A DNA stretch of 64,000 nt from Octopus bimaculoides (Eukaryota), in contig NC_068986.1 in the NCBI RefSeq assembly GCF_001194135.2, positions 41,436,425 through 41,500,424 on the forward strand, read 5' to 3'. The notes under the pieces were generated by a model. The model did no database searches. It was not told the origin of the DNA and saw only the letters and a program-made list of their open reading frames with translations. Made by a program: the position numbers and the translations under genes. Shown here in pieces: positions 1 to 11,689 of this stretch (positions within the stretch are counted from its first letter, which is position 1; each line of letters starts with the position of its first letter).

Positions 1-1006
1 CTTGTCCATTTGTTCCCTAAACAATTTAATAAGTTCTACTGTCTGTTTTTCAGCCATTGTTATTACGATGAATAATTTTACGGTAAAGTAAGCATGTATC
101 CTATCGGTCCTATCGGCGACGCCAATAAACTCTGTTATGTTTCCCTCGGGTGACTCGTAGAGATAACACAACGAGTTATACAATTTAATTATTACATTTA
201 TTGTTCAATTACATACAAAGAACGCACTCACCCAATGTTCGTTATGAATAAACAAAAGTCATGTCCGCCATATATCTATCAATGACATTTTACTACGACA
301 CTCCCACAAGACAACAACAATGAAACAATGAACTCAGACGAACCACATGACACACAGAACGTCAGACGAATTACATATCTAACAGTCCATATAACACCTC
401 CATTTACGCTAGAAAGCATAACTGCGAAGGTTATTCTAGACTAGCTAACGTACTCGGTAATTCTCGCAAAAGCGGGGTTTATCCCTTGGTTCCGTTCTTA
501 CAATTGTTTCATTAATCCAATAACAATAATACAAAATATGTAGCCCTTAAAACGGTTTTTGTACATTTACAGGGAATACCGAACTGTCTTACATAGGATC
601 TTGTATTTAGGGAAACCCATTAAGTTATGAATACCAAAATCGTGAGGTCAGTTACATAATAACATGAAATTAATTACCCGACAATAAGAATTCAAATAAA
701 GTAGCCCCGAAAAGTGCTTTAATGCGTTCCCAGAGTACATAGAACTTAGGAGGAAATACCAATAAGGTATGTATACCAAAATCGTGTAGCATATTACGTA
801 AGAGGTTAATCGGATAGGATATAATAACAATTCAGAGTAAATTACTCTGAAATGGGCTTTTGTGCGTTCCCAGAGAATATAACCCTTAGGGGCATTAGTG
901 TTGCAATAGCTTTACAATGAATGTAGAAACAGACTGACATTTAGTTTTACAGTCGACATACAAATAAATTTGAATATAGATTTTAAAATAAGATAACATG
1001 TAGATT

Positions 1007-1393
1007 ACTCTTTTACTTGTTTCAGTCATTTGACTGTGGCCATGCTGGAGCACCGCCTTTAGTCGAGCAAATCGACCCCAGGACTTATTCTTTGTAAGCC
1101 TAGTACTTATTTTATCGGTCTCTTTTGCCGAACCGCTAAGTGACGGGGACATAAACACACCAGCATCGGTTGTCAAGCAATGCTAGGGCGGACAAATACA
1201 GACACATACATATATATATACATATATACGACGGGCTTCTTTTAGTTTCTGTCTACCAAATCCACTCACAAGGCTTTGGTCGGCCCAAGGCTATAGTAGA
1301 AGACACTTGCCCAAGGTACCACGCAGTGGGACTAAACCTGGAGCCATGTGGTTGGTAAGCAAGCTACTTGCCACACAGCCACTCCTACGCCTA
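1007..1393 (-). mobile_element. tRNA-derived SINE (family A) inserted in the Helitron
   Basis: The tRNA-like head on the minus strand is near-identical to copies at 41962-42343, 47911-48250 and 54940-55250. Confidence 0.85.
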
Positions 1394-1479
1394 TCAGATT
1401 ATCAATATATTTACAACACTTACAAATAGCACAGTTAAATAATAACTACCTGATGATTTGGTGAATCTTATTAAGTTTG

Positions 1480-3794
1480 CAGAACTTCTTGATAAACGAC
1501 ATTTTTGATTTTTCCTTGTGGGGCATAAATAAACAAATGATTAGGATTGCCAACGCTTGAGCATCCCACATAAAGTCGGCCATGGGAGAAAACTGGTTCC
1601 GCAAAGTTCAGACCTACCACATCCAAGGATTGCCCCTAGGCCTTGTTAATGCTCATTGCAAAACTCTGTTTCAACGGGAATTGCAGGTGCTTGTACTGGA
1701 AAGGCATATCCGAGGGAATAATTGGAATTCTAGGAATGAATACAGGCTCGCCGCTTGCTTTACCAGTCAAAATTGTTGTCACCATGACTGTTAGCATCAT
1801 CTTCTTTATAAGTTGTGTGCCATTGCAAAGCTTTGGTGGATCGAGATTTCGAAGCAGCATAACTGGTTCCCCAATCTTGATGTAGGAGGCCAGGTGGTGT
1901 TATAATATTCAAGAATTCAACTGGATAATTCACAGCTTCATCAATGTTGAGTACAGTGTCCATGTAATTGTAGACGTGACGCTCACCTGGCAACTATTCC
2001 TGAAGTCTGAAGTTCAAATCATCAACCGCCACATTCTTTGGAACTAAAATGGCACGGGTTTTCAGCCAGTTGTAGTCTGTAGACTGATTCCTCAGGTATG
2101 GAGACACCTTATTCATTAGTTCCTTTAAATCAGATACCATATGTCCAAAAGGCAAGCTTACCCAGCCACCCTTCTCGCCAACCGAAGTGCCATTACTGAC
2201 GTCCAACAGTTGCTTTGAATAGGTTCTGTCTACATCATCACCATTGAGCTGCAGTCTCATATTGGTTGTGAGTCTCAGCTTTTGCACACTGCTCCATAGG
2301 TAAGACGACTTTATGCTGGCATTTACCTCATCAACTCTTGTCCCCTTTAAAACGACGGGAAAGGTTTGTCTAAAGTCTCCTGCAAGCAAGACTGTGGTTC
2401 CTCCCATGAGCCTGATGTTGTGTCTCAGATCCTGAAGTGCCATGTCAAGAGCTTCAAAGGAAACCTTATGGCTCATTGTCGCCTCATCCCAGATGATCAA
2501 CTTGCATTCACTCAGAAGTTTGCCTTTTATATAACCACGACCGATATTGCAGTTTGCCTTCTCTTTCTTGGACAGGTCCAAAGGGAGTTTGAAACAGTGC
2601 GGCCACCACTTAGCAGAGTTGCAGCTATTCCACTTGATGCCACTGCTATGGTAATGTGTTTCATTTGGCGCAGTTTAGCAAGAAGAAGGTTGATAACAAA
2701 TGTATTGCCAGTTCCACCAGGAGCATCCAGAAAGAAAAGATTTCCTCTTTCACTTTCAATGCTCGAAATAATGGTCTTATAAACACCAAGTTGGTCCTCC
2801 ATCAGTTTGTGTTCGTTATCAGCTATGTTCGCCGTCATTTCCTCGATGTCATAACTGATTTCTCGCAGGTACTCAATTGCGAGATTGTTTGCTCCGGTTG
2901 AGGCAGGCCAAATGTGGCAATGCCTTAACCTCCCATAGCTTGCACTCGGGTGTCCAAGTCAAATAATGCCTCATTGTAAATGGCGTTATTGAACGTGACA
3001 ATTTCCGCTGAGGTTTGCCTTTGAATCCTTTGTAGGATGTCCTCTTCCACGCTGGTTTTGTAGGTCGCCCAAAGCTTGAGAGGCTCACCCAAGTCACATG
3101 TCATCAACATGATAGAAAATAGCTGGCACAGTTGACTTGGTGCTCTGCTGACTGCTGCCTCCTTCAGTGTCAGCAGTAGACGCAGAAAGAAGCACACCTG
3201 CTAAATAGAGTGTACAGTGTACAACCGCCCGATAGCTCCACTTCTGAAGACAGCATGTTCTTCCCAGCCCTCAACGCGTGCTCCTTGTTTGCATCTGTTC
3301 GATCTATTGTGTTCCCAGATATAGTACACGGGAACCTTAACATACAACAGTGTTCAGGCAAACAGATTACATCGGCATAGTTTGAAGAAAGCTGTCAAAG
3401 TGGTTTCTGGTGGATTCACAACTACGTTTCGAGTATTGCCTTCTGTGAAATATACACGCTCCCCATTTTCAAGATGTACAGGTAAATTCACCACTGTTGG
3501 ATGCCGCTCGTGGATTTCGAAGCCCTCGTTAAAGGAAATATACCTGCTCAACTTATATTGCTAAACTTCATCTGCCTACATGCCCTCTTGTTCAAGTCCA
3601 AAAACTGCCATGTCTGAGCCCCTATTGATGTATTTACATGCAGATTTAATACTTTTTATAGAGTTGCATGACTCGACATTAACATGGGCCTGCAATGTTT
3701 TAGGCAGCAATAGGTTGTAGGGCACGATCCACTTGTTGTCAAATTCCATTCCTTGACCATTAACTTTAAGCTTGGAAGTGTTTAGGATGATCAA
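1480..3794 (-). pseudogene. Helitron Rep/helicase (RepHel) C-terminal portion, frameshifted
   Basis: ORF fragments carry diagnostic motifs: WIVPYN..AHVNVE (3576-3794), IHERHPTVVNLPVHLENGERVYF (3354-3551), Walker A FLDAPGGTGNTF and VASSGIAATLL (2527-2838), IIWDE and LAGDFRQ (1994-2581), QFPLKQSFAMSINKA (1636-1860). Confidence 0.92.
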
Positions 3795-4689
3795 AAGAAA
3801 ATGAATGGGATATTTCCCTTGGCTGTTAAAGGAAAATATATTGATTACATATGTGGACCCATTCTAGGGGCCCTAGCCATCCAATTATAGATTTTCATTA
3901 AACTTCAATGAACCTAGTAACAAACTGGATGCTACATTAATATGTTTGCAAAATTTCACGAAAATTCGTTAACGAATGTAGACGGCAATTTGACAAAAAC
4001 AGACATCCAAACAGACAACTTGCGTTTATATATGTATAGATAACCATATCCAAATATTTATTTGGGTAATACAATTCTACACCCAATCTGCACTATAGTG
4101 TCGTCAAAACATTATGGGCGACAAGATAGTCAAATTCACGACATAACAATTGATAAAAAGCATTTTACTGTTTTTGTTTTTGTTATGAATTATTTATGTT
4201 AATTTAACTTTGGTGTAATGTCGTTTGCTTTCTGTTTGATTTACCTCGTGGAGAGCAAATAGGTATGTCTGTAGCATAGAACAATAATAATTTCTTCAGC
4301 ATGTTAGCCTTTGTCGTTGCTGGCTATATATACTTGAGTGTTCGTTGATATTATTTATCATGGTTTCTATTGTTTCTATGACGTATATATACAGACTTTC
4401 TACGTTTAAGAGGCGTTGCCTAAGTTGTTGATTTCAAATGTAAAATCTTTCTGATGACCTTATTTCGTATTTTTCAGATGTGTCTTACTTGACAATGTTG
4501 CCCAACTTTTTAGTAGACATGTCACTTGATGTCTTTAGTTGAAATATAGGTCAGAGAGTGTCATTGCGTTTAAGTATTTTTATTGTTCTGAAGAGATGAA
4601 CTGCGTTCAATTCTCTTTCAATGTGTGGGGAGAAAATATGAAGTATGTATGAAATAGATTCATGAAGATTTAAGATCTAGTCTGTTTCA

Positions 4690-4890
4690 GTCCCCTTTAA
4701 TTTTGCTCAGATTGTCTCAAATTTGGTGTATCGATGCAGTTCTGAATGGTGATTACGCTCAACTAATTACTTTATCTCGTAAATTAAATAATCTGATGTT
4801 GTTTGGAATTAAAGTTTGGAAAATTTGTGTAAGTTTTGCCAATCAACAGAGAGCGTGGCATTAACAGCTAGTAACCATGACAACCGCAAG
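4690..4890. promoter_or_regulatory. CCAAT box + RFX X-box module, copy 1
   Basis: CCAAT at 4839 and GTAACCATGACAAC at 4871-4884. About 200 bp are alignable to 19725-19910. Confidence 0.45.
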
Positions 4891-5054
4891 TTGTGTTGGT
4901 TCTTCATACTACAAGATTCACTTCACCCGCACGTTTTGTTTGTGTATATCACTGTTTTTTTTTTATTACTATTTTTCTGAAAAATTTTATATTCATCAAT
5001 TAGAATATAGATGGTCATGGTCAACGTTATAGATGTGATCCGTGGTGCGTGCAG

Positions 5055-5640
5055 TGTGACCATCTAAACGACTCATATCAGAAGGCTGAAATAATACATA
5101 TATGCCAGTTGGAAAAGAGAAGAGACACAACAGAGTAGAAGGCTTATGTAAGATTTATTGATATATTTACATGCATCTGTGTGGATTGTATGTTTGCTGT
5201 TGACCATGGTGATGTAACTCACGAACAGCGCTATGTTAGAACCTGTGCAGTGTTGCTGGTGCTATGTACGTAAAGATGTTGGACGGGTGTTGTCTGGCGT
5301 CGTCGCTGGAACTGGCAGTGTCGTGTGGTCGGTGGCTAGACTTTAGAAGGTATGGAACCAAAAGACTTCGAGACAAGGAGAAGTTGAGCTTTATAAGTCA
5401 CAGTAGGCTCAAATTGGGGTTTAGAACAGACTGTCTCACGTGATTTATTTGGAGGCTGCGATTGGTTAGGTTGCATATTGGCGTGACAGAGTAAGAGACA
5501 AATTGCGCCAATACCAATCAATCAGAGTGGTGGACACAACGGGATCCAAACAGAGGCCGTAGGTTAGCTGTTATCTGCTACGCTCGGATGTATGTATATC
5601 TAATAAAGGAGAGAGGAATTTCACGGGAGTTTACGCTACA
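5055..5640 (-). mobile_element. Putative solo LTR
   Basis: On the minus strand it begins TGTAGC and ends GGTCACA, with CCAAT boxes, TATAAAG and AATAAA in LTR order. No target-site duplication was found. Confidence 0.4.
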
Positions 5641-7019
5641 AGAATTTTATTGTAGATATTTTTCATCAATTGTCTTAGTATTTTTCATATATATGTGTAT
5701 GTGTGTGTGTGTATATATATATATAAATNNNNNNNNNNNNNNNNNNNNNNNNNNNNNNNNNNNNNNNNNNNNNNNNNNNNNNNNNNNNNNNNNNNNNNNN
5801 NNNNNNNNNNNNNNNNNNNNNNNNNNNNNNNNNNNNNNNNNNNNNNNNNNNNNNNNNNNNNNNNNNNNNNNNNNNNNNNNNNNNNNNNNNNNNNNNNNNN
5901 NNNNNNNNNNNNNNNNNNNNNNNNNNNNNNNNNNNNNNNNNNNNNNNNNNNNNNNNNNNNNNNNNNNNNNNNNNNNNNNNNNNNNNNNNNNNNNNNNNNN
6001 NNNNNNNNNNNNNNNNNNNNNNNNNNNNNNNNNNNNNNNNNNNNNNNNNNNNNNNNNNNNNNNNNNNNNNNNNNNNNNNNNNNNNNNNNNNNNNNNNNNN
6101 NNNNNNNNNNNNNNNNNNNNNNNNNNNNNNNNNNNNNNNNNNNNNNNNNNNNNNNNNNNNNNNNNNNNNNNNNNNNNNNNNNNNNNNNNNNNNNNNNNNN
6201 NNNNNNNNNNNNNNNNNNNNNNNNNNNNNNNNNNNNNNNNNNNNNNNNNNNNNNNNNNNNNNNNNNNNNNNNNNNNNNNNNNNNTCTTCTACTCCATCTA
6301 GAATAGAGATAAACAAGCTAAATCCTTTGCACTCACTGCCCTGCTTCATGGCTATAAAAACAGGACACCCCAAACAAACTTCCTCTTTCTCTCTTTAGTC
6401 ACCAGCGGTGACGCCTCAACAGCTTGGTCGCTGGTGGTGGCGACTGGGCATCTGAAGCCATGGACACAAGCAGGCATACGAGCTAGCAATTCCTTTTCTC
6501 TATAACCCTACCATCTCTCTCTATATATAATTACTACCATGAAAAAGGTACATACAGATACAGGCCGAAATTCTTAACCTTGCATGTTTATATACTATTA
6601 CACTGGCCTACCCGTCGTGGTATGGCAACATAGAAAGTAACGGTAAATAAATATTTCTTATAAAAAATGTTGATCATCTTTATCGTTCAATCTATAACCT
6701 GTTACATTGGTAATCTCCGACATTAACATTTTTTATAACCGTTACACTTCTCTTCGGTCTTAGCTCGACGTACTAACAGAAGCTTTCGGCCACAAGAAAG
6801 ACGATGTCACCTTTATCTTTTCTTCCTTTCTAGTCAACACCGTGCACTCTTTACTCCTTTACTCTCTACTGACTGACAACCCTATTAACTATTAACTACT
6901 AACCAGCGAGTCAACCTTGTCACTATCACTAGAGTTGATATTGTCTCTTTAACTACCTGTCGAATAAATATATGTAAATAACATTTCTGGATCTTTCTGA
7001 TTTGGCGGGCGCTACTTTT

Positions 7020-7430
7020 TATTTACGTTTTATTTAGTGTGTTTTCTACCGAAACACTTTAAAACTTTGTTTTTGTCTTATAGAACAGAGAACAATTTTT
7101 ATATTCGAAGTTATTTCATGTTAAAAGTTGTGGTATTTCGGTAATTTCAACCAATCACTGACGTCTATTGAGGTGAAAACAAGTACTGCTGTGGAATGTA
7201 AACAACGCGTTCTAGCGGTGTAATGGGATCTTTTCCCTTGAATTAAATTAGTGCCGTTGTTTGTCAACAACTATCGGTGGTACTGTTATTTATGACATCG
7301 CTCGTGCGTTTGTACTGGTTNNNNNNNNNNTATCGGTGGTACTGTTATTTATGACATCGCTCGTGCGTTTGTACTGGTTTTAGCTTTAGGATTTTAGGGT
7401 TAGGGTTCGGGTTTTAGAGTTAGGGTTATG
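7020..7430 (+). mobile_element. Truncated copy of the TTAGGG-containing TIR element
   Basis: Shares TTTCAACCAATCACTGACGTCTATT and degenerate TTAGGG units with 10692-11370. A 10-N join with duplicated flanks sits at 7321-7330. Confidence 0.7.
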
Positions 7431-8084
7431 AGTATTTTTGCCATACATACATACATACATACATAAGTGCTAACAACAAATTGGTCCGCAGAGCTGTCGA
7501 TAAGAATTGAATTTACCACATCAGTCTCTTACAAAATTAGGCTGTCAACAGGAATATCTCAATGTGACATAGTATCTCCAAAATTTTTCGTCGTAGTAGT
7601 AAATACCTTCTCAGTCTTGTAGAAAGGTTATATGATAAAATCTACACAGCGCTGGATTAACCATTTGGCAAAATAAGCACCTGCTTAGGGTACCAAAGGA
7701 AGTGGGACACCACAGAAATAAGCAATGGTGTATCGCACAAAAGAAATTACTTTAAACTTGCTAAAATAGTATTCAGAGTGTCTTATTTCCACTAAGTATA
7801 GGAGTAGATGTGTTGTGTAAGATTAATTTTGAGGATCTAATCAAAGACTTTGGCAAGTTAAAAAAAAATTGGAGAAGATTTTAAAAATATAAATAAAGTA
7901 AAAGTATAAAAATTTACATGATCTAAGTTTTTCCCTCATAACTGTATATATATATATGTATGTATTTGAGTGTGTGTATGTGTATATATATGTATGTGTG
8001 TATATATGTATATATATATATGTGTGTGTGTATATATACATGTGTGTACATATTTATGTATATATATGTATGTACCAGAGTAAG

Positions 8085-8305
8085 CACATAAATGCGAAAC
8101 AAGGTGGAAAAAATAGTATTCGAATACCAGGGGTAGAGTAATATGCTTTATTGAAAAGCAACAAAAATATCACAAAAGGTGATAAGGTTATAATTTTATA
8201 ATCTAATTTCTGTTCCATTCTAAACAAAACTGTCCGACGAACGGAAACGTGAAACTCTGAGTAACAGTTTTTGTGATATTTTTGCTGCTTTTCAATAAAG
8301 TATAT
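8085..8305. repeat. Inverted-repeat unit containing the hammerhead (Penelope-like pLTR remnant)
   Basis: 37-bp arms at 8141-8177 and 8269-8305 with 2 mismatches. Confidence 0.65.
8226..8271 (+). ncRNA. Minimal type I hammerhead ribozyme motif (U4C core variant), probably Penelope pLTR-derived
   Basis: Stem I AAAACTGT/ACAGTTTT; core CCGACGA; stem II ACG-GAAA-CGT; GAAA; stem III ACTC-T-GAGT; GUA cleavage triplet at 8261-8263. Confidence 0.7.
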
Positions 8306-8342
8306 ATGTATATATATAGATGTAAGTGTCTATGTATATATG

Positions 8343-8537
<195 letters not shown>

Positions 8538-8749
8538 ATAAAGAGAAAGTAATAACGAATGAATGAGAAAAACGACGGAAGGGTTAAAAATGGCGTAAAA
8601 ATAATTGAAGATAAAATGAAACAAAATTGAAGCCAAAACATCAAAAATTATTGAAAGTGGGTAGAAATAAACTCTACGTAGTGTAGTAGTAGTACTACGC
8701 TAGGGTATCTGTAGAAAGTTGAATGTGATTTCGGAATATAACGAAGAAA

Positions 8750-9110
8750 AATTCGGATCTTGGGAATTTTCCGAAAGTCCTCTTGCCACCTCAAAATTTT
8801 CCCCACAAATTACTTTATAATCGTAATGTATGCCGTTTAGAAGATATTTATATAACATTTCATTGAGAAAAACCCCATTTTCCTAAAAATTACAAGTAAA
8901 AAATCGGATCTTTTGAATTTTCCGAGGTCCTCTTGGGAAAGATTTTTCTGAGGTCCCCTTGGGAAAGATTCCTCCCATAAATTTCTTTATAATCGTAATG
9001 TATACCGTTTGAAAAATATTTCTATAAAATTTCATTGAAAAAAAACTCATTTTCCCAAAAGTTATGACGGAAAAACACGGATCATGTGAATTTTCCGAGG
9101 TCCTCTCCCC
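8750..9110. repeat. Imperfect tandem repeat, units about 150-175 bp
   Basis: CGGATC..GAATTTTCCGAGGTCCTCT recurs near 8755, 8905 and 9078. Related sequence occurs at 17075-17410 and 32060-32420. Confidence 0.75.
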
Positions 9111-9989
9111 ACCCTCCCGTTGCTTTGTGCGCATTTTTTTTTCATATTCGTTTCCTACACATTTTGTTACACCCGTTCCACTATTTTTTTCTGATTTTTG
9201 TTTCCAGATCAAGTTGTAGACATTAACCACATTGGTTAACCACATTATTTTCCATCTTACTGTTAGTTTTGTTTCATTTTGAAAAATAAAAAAAATATTT
9301 TATGGTTTAATACTGTTTATATTTTGAATTATATATATCTGGGAGCATCAAAATCTTTTATGGGGTTAAGGCCTCTAATGGGTTTTAGTATGGCTCTGGA
9401 TCTACAGATAAACGAACGCGTAACGCCACTCATACCTTTTTGTTGATGTACTCGAGAAATATTTACATCAAAATACAAAATAGGGCAACACGTTATCGAC
9501 CAGGAAAGGATTATGGATTTCAATGGCATTATCATCTTTATCATATGAATGTTAGGAATACTTGAGAATCAACGAGAATATTGCACACGTTGGTTAATAC
9601 TGCGAGTAACGCAAAAGTGACAGGGTAATACTTCTGAACAATTCTGAAGATATGGTATTCAGAGCTATCAGCGTTCAATGAAACCGAATTTCACAGATTT
9701 AAACTTTTAGAATGCCTAATGGGTAACTCATTTATATTAACGCAGAATTATATTATCCCTTCCTGGTTTGAAAGAACTTATCAATAATATCAATACAAGT
9801 ATTTATAATTTGTTCTTCAAAATAAGAAAAAAATTTTAATAAACGCCTCCTCCCTCTCTCTTTCTCTATCTCTCTACCGTCAATAAATATAGAAAGCTGT
9901 TTTGCAGATACAATATTGAATTAAGCTACTGTTGTACGACTAACGTGTTATACACCCCCAACAAAAATGAGATTATATTCTCACTCAGG

Positions 9990-10460
9990 AATATCAATGC
10001 AGAAGCTATAAACGATAAACAGACACGGGAAAAGGAACATTCGATATAATAATTTACAGAAGTACGTCTTCTTTTAGTCGTATCGAAAAGAGAAATTACA
10101 CATTCACTAATTAAAAGAAAATCCTAACAACAAATATGAATTCGAAAATTATAGAAAGATCGAAACGTTACAAAAACAGAAGCAACAAATGTGCTCTTTG
10201 CACAGCTGAAAATCGTCGGAAACTGCATAAACATGACCTCATCTGAACATCATGTCAGAAATTTTGGGGAAGTACAAACAATTTGAAATCATCTTCCCCT
10301 GACTAATAAAACACTAGCCCGAGCATATATGTTGACATATGAGCCCATTACGTCCCATGATTAAATAAGTGACTGGACTTGGTATTGTTCACCTAGCACA
10401 CACAAAACCCTCTCTTACAACATTGATATTCAAAGACAACAGTGAAATTCAACACTAGTC
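9990..10460 (+). pseudogene. Penelope-like GIY-YIG endonuclease fragment
   Basis: Hand translation NSKIIERSKRYKNRSNKCALCTAE resembles the C-terminal W.I..RA..Y....C.LC..EK segment of Penelope-like elements. Many stops. Confidence 0.55.
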
Positions 10461-10691
10461 TTCTTAACTTAGATTTCATCCAGTTTATCTGACATCCGGA
10501 TTAACATAGAATGTTCTTTTTCTCTCTCTCTCTCTTCTTCCCCCCTCTCTTTCTCTCTCGTTATCTATCAAGCTTGCTAGCTCTATGTACGCGCGCGCGT
10601 GCGTGTGCAAGTGCACGTCTATGTATGTATGTATGTATGTATTTACGAATATATACACGTGTATACATACATTCATCCGGTAAAAGCTTTT

Positions 10692-11370
10692 CGATCTATT
10701 TCAAAACGGGGGCACCAGTATTTTCTTAACGAAACACTAACGAAACACTTTGAAACTTGGGACACTGGTAGAATGTGTCATATAAAACATCTTTTATTCT
10801 TAGTCTTCTTAACAAAAAAATGTACATCGCAAGTTATTCCATGTTAAAGTTGTCGTATTTCTGTAATTTCAACCAATCACTGACGTCTATTCAGCTGAAT
10901 AGAGTTACTGCTTGGCGGTCATAAAAATGTTATTCCCTGTGACATATTTCATCCGGTTTAATCGTAATTTATACGCATATATTGTTTATATAATAAATTA
11001 CGCTGTGCGTATCTATGTGTGTAACAATTTTAGAGTTTGGATTCTAGAGTTAGGGTTAGTTTTAGGGTTAGGGTTAGGGTTAGGGTTAGGGTTAGGGTTA
11101 ACAGTCTAGTTAGGGTTAGGGTTAGGGTTAGGGGATTAATACGATATACACCGTTACAGTGCTAACTGTTTTCAACTGAATAGACGTCAGTGGTTAGTAG
11201 AAATTATCGAAATAAGACAATTTTTTACATGAAATAAATACGAATATAAAATTTTTTTTCTGTTCTATAACACAAAATAGATAAGTATACGAAGTTTGAA
11301 AGTCTTTCGGTACCAAAAACACTACATAAAACATAAATGAAAACTGGTGCCCCCGTTTTGAACAAGATCC
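10692..11370 (+). mobile_element. Non-autonomous TIR DNA transposon with 8-bp TSD and internal (TTAGGG)n
   Basis: TIR consensus GGATCTTGTTCAAAACGGGGGCACCAGT; perfect TSD AAGCTTTT at 10684-10691 and 11371-11378; TTAGGG runs of 6 and 4 at 11062-11133. Confidence 0.9.
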
Positions 11371-11689
11371 AAGCTTTTGAATTGTGTGGAACAACCTCTT
11401 AGTCGCTATTGTTTTCACGTGTACTCTGACTGAGTAGTAGCATCTGTCAGAGTCCCGGCTATGGGTTAACTAGCATAAGTGATGGCAAGCCATTTGAGCG
11501 CGGAGACACAGAAATATCCTTGTGTCAGGGCATACCCTTGTGTCAAGGCTCTCAGTAAAACTACCTGGTTGTCACAGCGACATTTTAGGAGAGAGGGACA
11601 CACTAATATAAAACCTACAGGTTCACGTGATTACTATTCAGCTGTGCTTTGGTATGTCACCAGGTACAGAGACTCAGATAAGCATTTAT

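Larger units (their letters stand above)
441..4040 (-). mobile_element. Helitron, internally deleted and decayed, with both termini
   Basis: On the minus strand it starts A|TCTATACATATATAAAC (4040) and ends in a CCCGC-TTTT-GCGAG hairpin followed by GTTAGCTAG|T (441), i.e. inserted at an AT dinucleotide. It contains Rep and Pif1-like helicase fragments. Confidence 0.85.

Noticed and set aside
250-420. CCGCCAT (YY1-like) motif and possible minus-strand first exon
   Set aside because: The ORF is only 9 codons and context is truncated by the window edge.
5588-6373. Long ORFs of X residues (also 34103-34912)
   Set aside because: They are artefacts of N-gaps.
7321-7330. Apparent tandem duplications flanking 10-N joins (also 31663 and 32163)
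   Set aside because: Identical sequence on both sides of a fixed-length gap indicates unmerged contig overlap.
11050-11133. (TTAGGG)n as a true telomere or chromosome-fusion scar
   Set aside because: The tract lies inside a TSD-flanked TIR element present in several copies.
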